Below are positions 37,408 to 38,914 of a stretch of DNA of 38,914 nt, in pieces. The stretch's first letter is position 1; every line of letters starts with the position of its first letter. The position numbers and the translations under genes were made by a program. The notes below the pieces were generated by a model that searched no databases, was not told the DNA's origin, and saw only the letters and a list, made by a program, of their open reading frames with translations. The DNA is from Cirrosporium novae-zelandiae. Lineage: Eukaryota. Location: positions 620,001 to 658,914 of the forward strand of contig JAPETS010000017.1 in the NCBI GenBank assembly GCA_026023565.1, given 5' to 3'.

Positions 37408-38914
37408 GAAAAAAAATAAAACGAAAACGATACGGGTTTATTACGGAAAAATAGAACCGTATACGTATTAAACGATACCGTATTAAAAAAAGAAATAATA
37501 AAAATAAACTATAATTTTCCGTGGTCGGGGGAATATTTCGGGAACGAAAAAACGAGGGAAATAATAAATAGAAAATATTAATAACTAAAAATAAATAAAA
37601 ATATTAAAAAATACGTAAAACGATACGATATATATTAACGATCGAAAACGCGCTATTATCGGTTTTACGGAATTCTAATATTATTATAATATTTTTAAAA
37701 CCTAATAGAGATAATAATAATAGATTTTATTATCGATCTACCGTTAAATAAACGGGACGATAACGTATATAACGTAATTTTGGTAGTAATAAATAAATAT
37801 TTTAAATTAGTTATATATATATTATATACGAAAAAAACAAAAACAGAGAATTTAATAAAATTAATATAAAAAATAGTCGGAATAAAATTTAGAATATTTA
37901 AAAATATAATATCGGATAAAAAATTATTATTTATTAATATTTATTAAAAATTATTCTGTTATTATTTAACGATATAAAAAAAATTAAATACCGTTTATTA
38001 TTTATAAACGGATAACCAAACTGAAAAATAAAATTAAATATTAGAAAAATATTTAAAAATATATTATAATTATAATTAAAACGATTAAATAATATTATTA
38101 ACGAACACAGAATATACGTATAATAATACGAAATATTAGAAAACGAAAAAAACGTTATTCGAAATAATATATACGTTTAAACCAGAATTAAAAATAAACG
38201 TAAAAAAAATAAAGAAAAACGAAAATCTAACGGGAAAAACACGTATAAAAAACGTAAAAAAAACACGGAAAAAAATATAGGAAATATAAGAAAAATCGGT
38301 TTTAAAATAAAAGATTTATTACGATCGCTACCACAAATCGAAATAATATAAAATAGAGGATTAAATATTACTAGCAATAAAAAATATAGAAACGAAACGA
38401 ATAAATAAGAAATTAAACGCAAAATATCTAGAATTATTTACCGTAAAAATTATATACGGATAGAACGCGTACTGGCTACGATTATCCTAGTAATACTAGA
38501 GATTATATCCGATATTCTATATATTATTGTTAGAGCCTTATAAAAAAAATCCGGACCACGAACCCCCGGAATCAGTGCTATTAATAGGAATACCGGAATA
38601 TATAATAAAAAAAATACTGGAATATAAAAAAAAAAAAAAGAAAAACGAATATTTAATAAAATAGGAAAATTAATTATACGTAAAAAATTAATAAAAAAAT
38701 ATCGAAAATCTAGCGAATTGCTAGAAAAATATAAAAATATTCTAAAAAAAAAAAAAAAAAAAAATAAAACGAAAAAAAAAAAAACCAAAAAAATAATAAA
38801 AATAAAAAAAAAAAAAAAATTTTATTAATTTTAAAGGCTACGGGTATTTATCGAAAAAAAAACGCGTTTTAAACGTACGTAGCCCGTAATAAAAAACGCT
38901 CGAATATTAATAAT
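34900..38914 (+). pseudogene. pol: Gypsy C pol remnant (protease region, RT, RNase H, integrase)
   Basis: ILFVPKSDGTLRLYVNY at 35752, YFDDILIY at 36088, [12 protein letters not shown] at ~36319, YDLELLAIIE at 36691, IDFIIDLP at ~37720, TVYYL*TDNQTEK*N at ~37990 and RLYPIFYILLLEPY at ~38500. Boundaries are approximate. Confidence 0.9.
37348..37405 (+). repeat. Poly(A) tract (58 A) within the pol remnant
   Basis: Homopolymer run. Confidence 0.85.

Larger units (their letters stand above)
1..38914. other. RIP-degraded AT-rich transposon nest (heterochromatin / AT isochore) of a filamentous ascomycete
   Basis: Homologous copies differ mostly by C>T and G>A (tgtgacggcgtgccaagc at 11305 vs tataacggtgtattaaat at 873). 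TpA is abundant, CpA/TpG is scarce, and conserved motifs are broken by TAA/TAG at Trp/Gln codons. Confidence 0.93.
33348..38914 (+). mobile_element. Ty3/Gypsy family C retrotransposon (5' LTR, gag, pol); continues beyond the window
   Basis: LTR 33348-33654 is homologous to the solo LTR at 28347-28661. Gag CCHC and RT, RNase H and integrase motifs occur in Gypsy order. Confidence 0.93.

Noticed and set aside
38177..38788. Two Phe-rich minus-strand ORFs resembling membrane proteins
   Set aside because: Antisense of A-rich mutated integrase; the poly-Phe derives from A-tracts.
1..38914. Organellar DNA, AT-rich endosymbiont, or alternative genetic code with TAA/TAG read as Gln
   Set aside because: No rRNA, tRNA or respiratory genes. 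Stops replace both Gln and Trp, and Cys/His become Tyr in copy-specific fashion, which fits RIP rather than recoding.

Overview
This window is gene-free and extremely AT-rich. It looks like heterochromatin from a filamentous ascomycete: nested transposons degraded by repeat-induced point mutation (RIP-type C>T/G>A transitions). I see no intact protein-coding gene, RNA gene or CRISPR array, and most ORFs in the supplied track are artefacts. Comparing copies within the window resolves these components. (1) A Tad1-like LINE family in eight segments, with a shared 5' end at 2524 and 10692, (ATC)n tails, 13-16 bp TSDs, ORF1 triple CCHC and RT GVPQGSP/FVDD remnants. (2) Ty3/Gypsy chromovirus family A with ~250 bp LTRs at 1-1125, 11305-20644 and 21348-31015. 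(3) Gypsy family C from 33348 to the window end, plus a solo LTR at 28347-28661 with a CCAGA TSD. (4) A third short LTR at 21183-21347. (5) An 857 bp non-autonomous DNA element with ~200 bp TIRs and a TA TSD at 7341-8197. (6) A RIP-degraded unknown reading frame split by Gypsy A. The most interesting signals are a RIP-refractory island at the same RT-core position in several LINE copies, a short LINE inserted into the homologous position of its own family, post-RIP insertions implying recent activity, the long-TIR element, Tf1-like self-priming PBSs and strong CpG sparing. All alignments were done by eye, so boundaries without TSDs are approximate.
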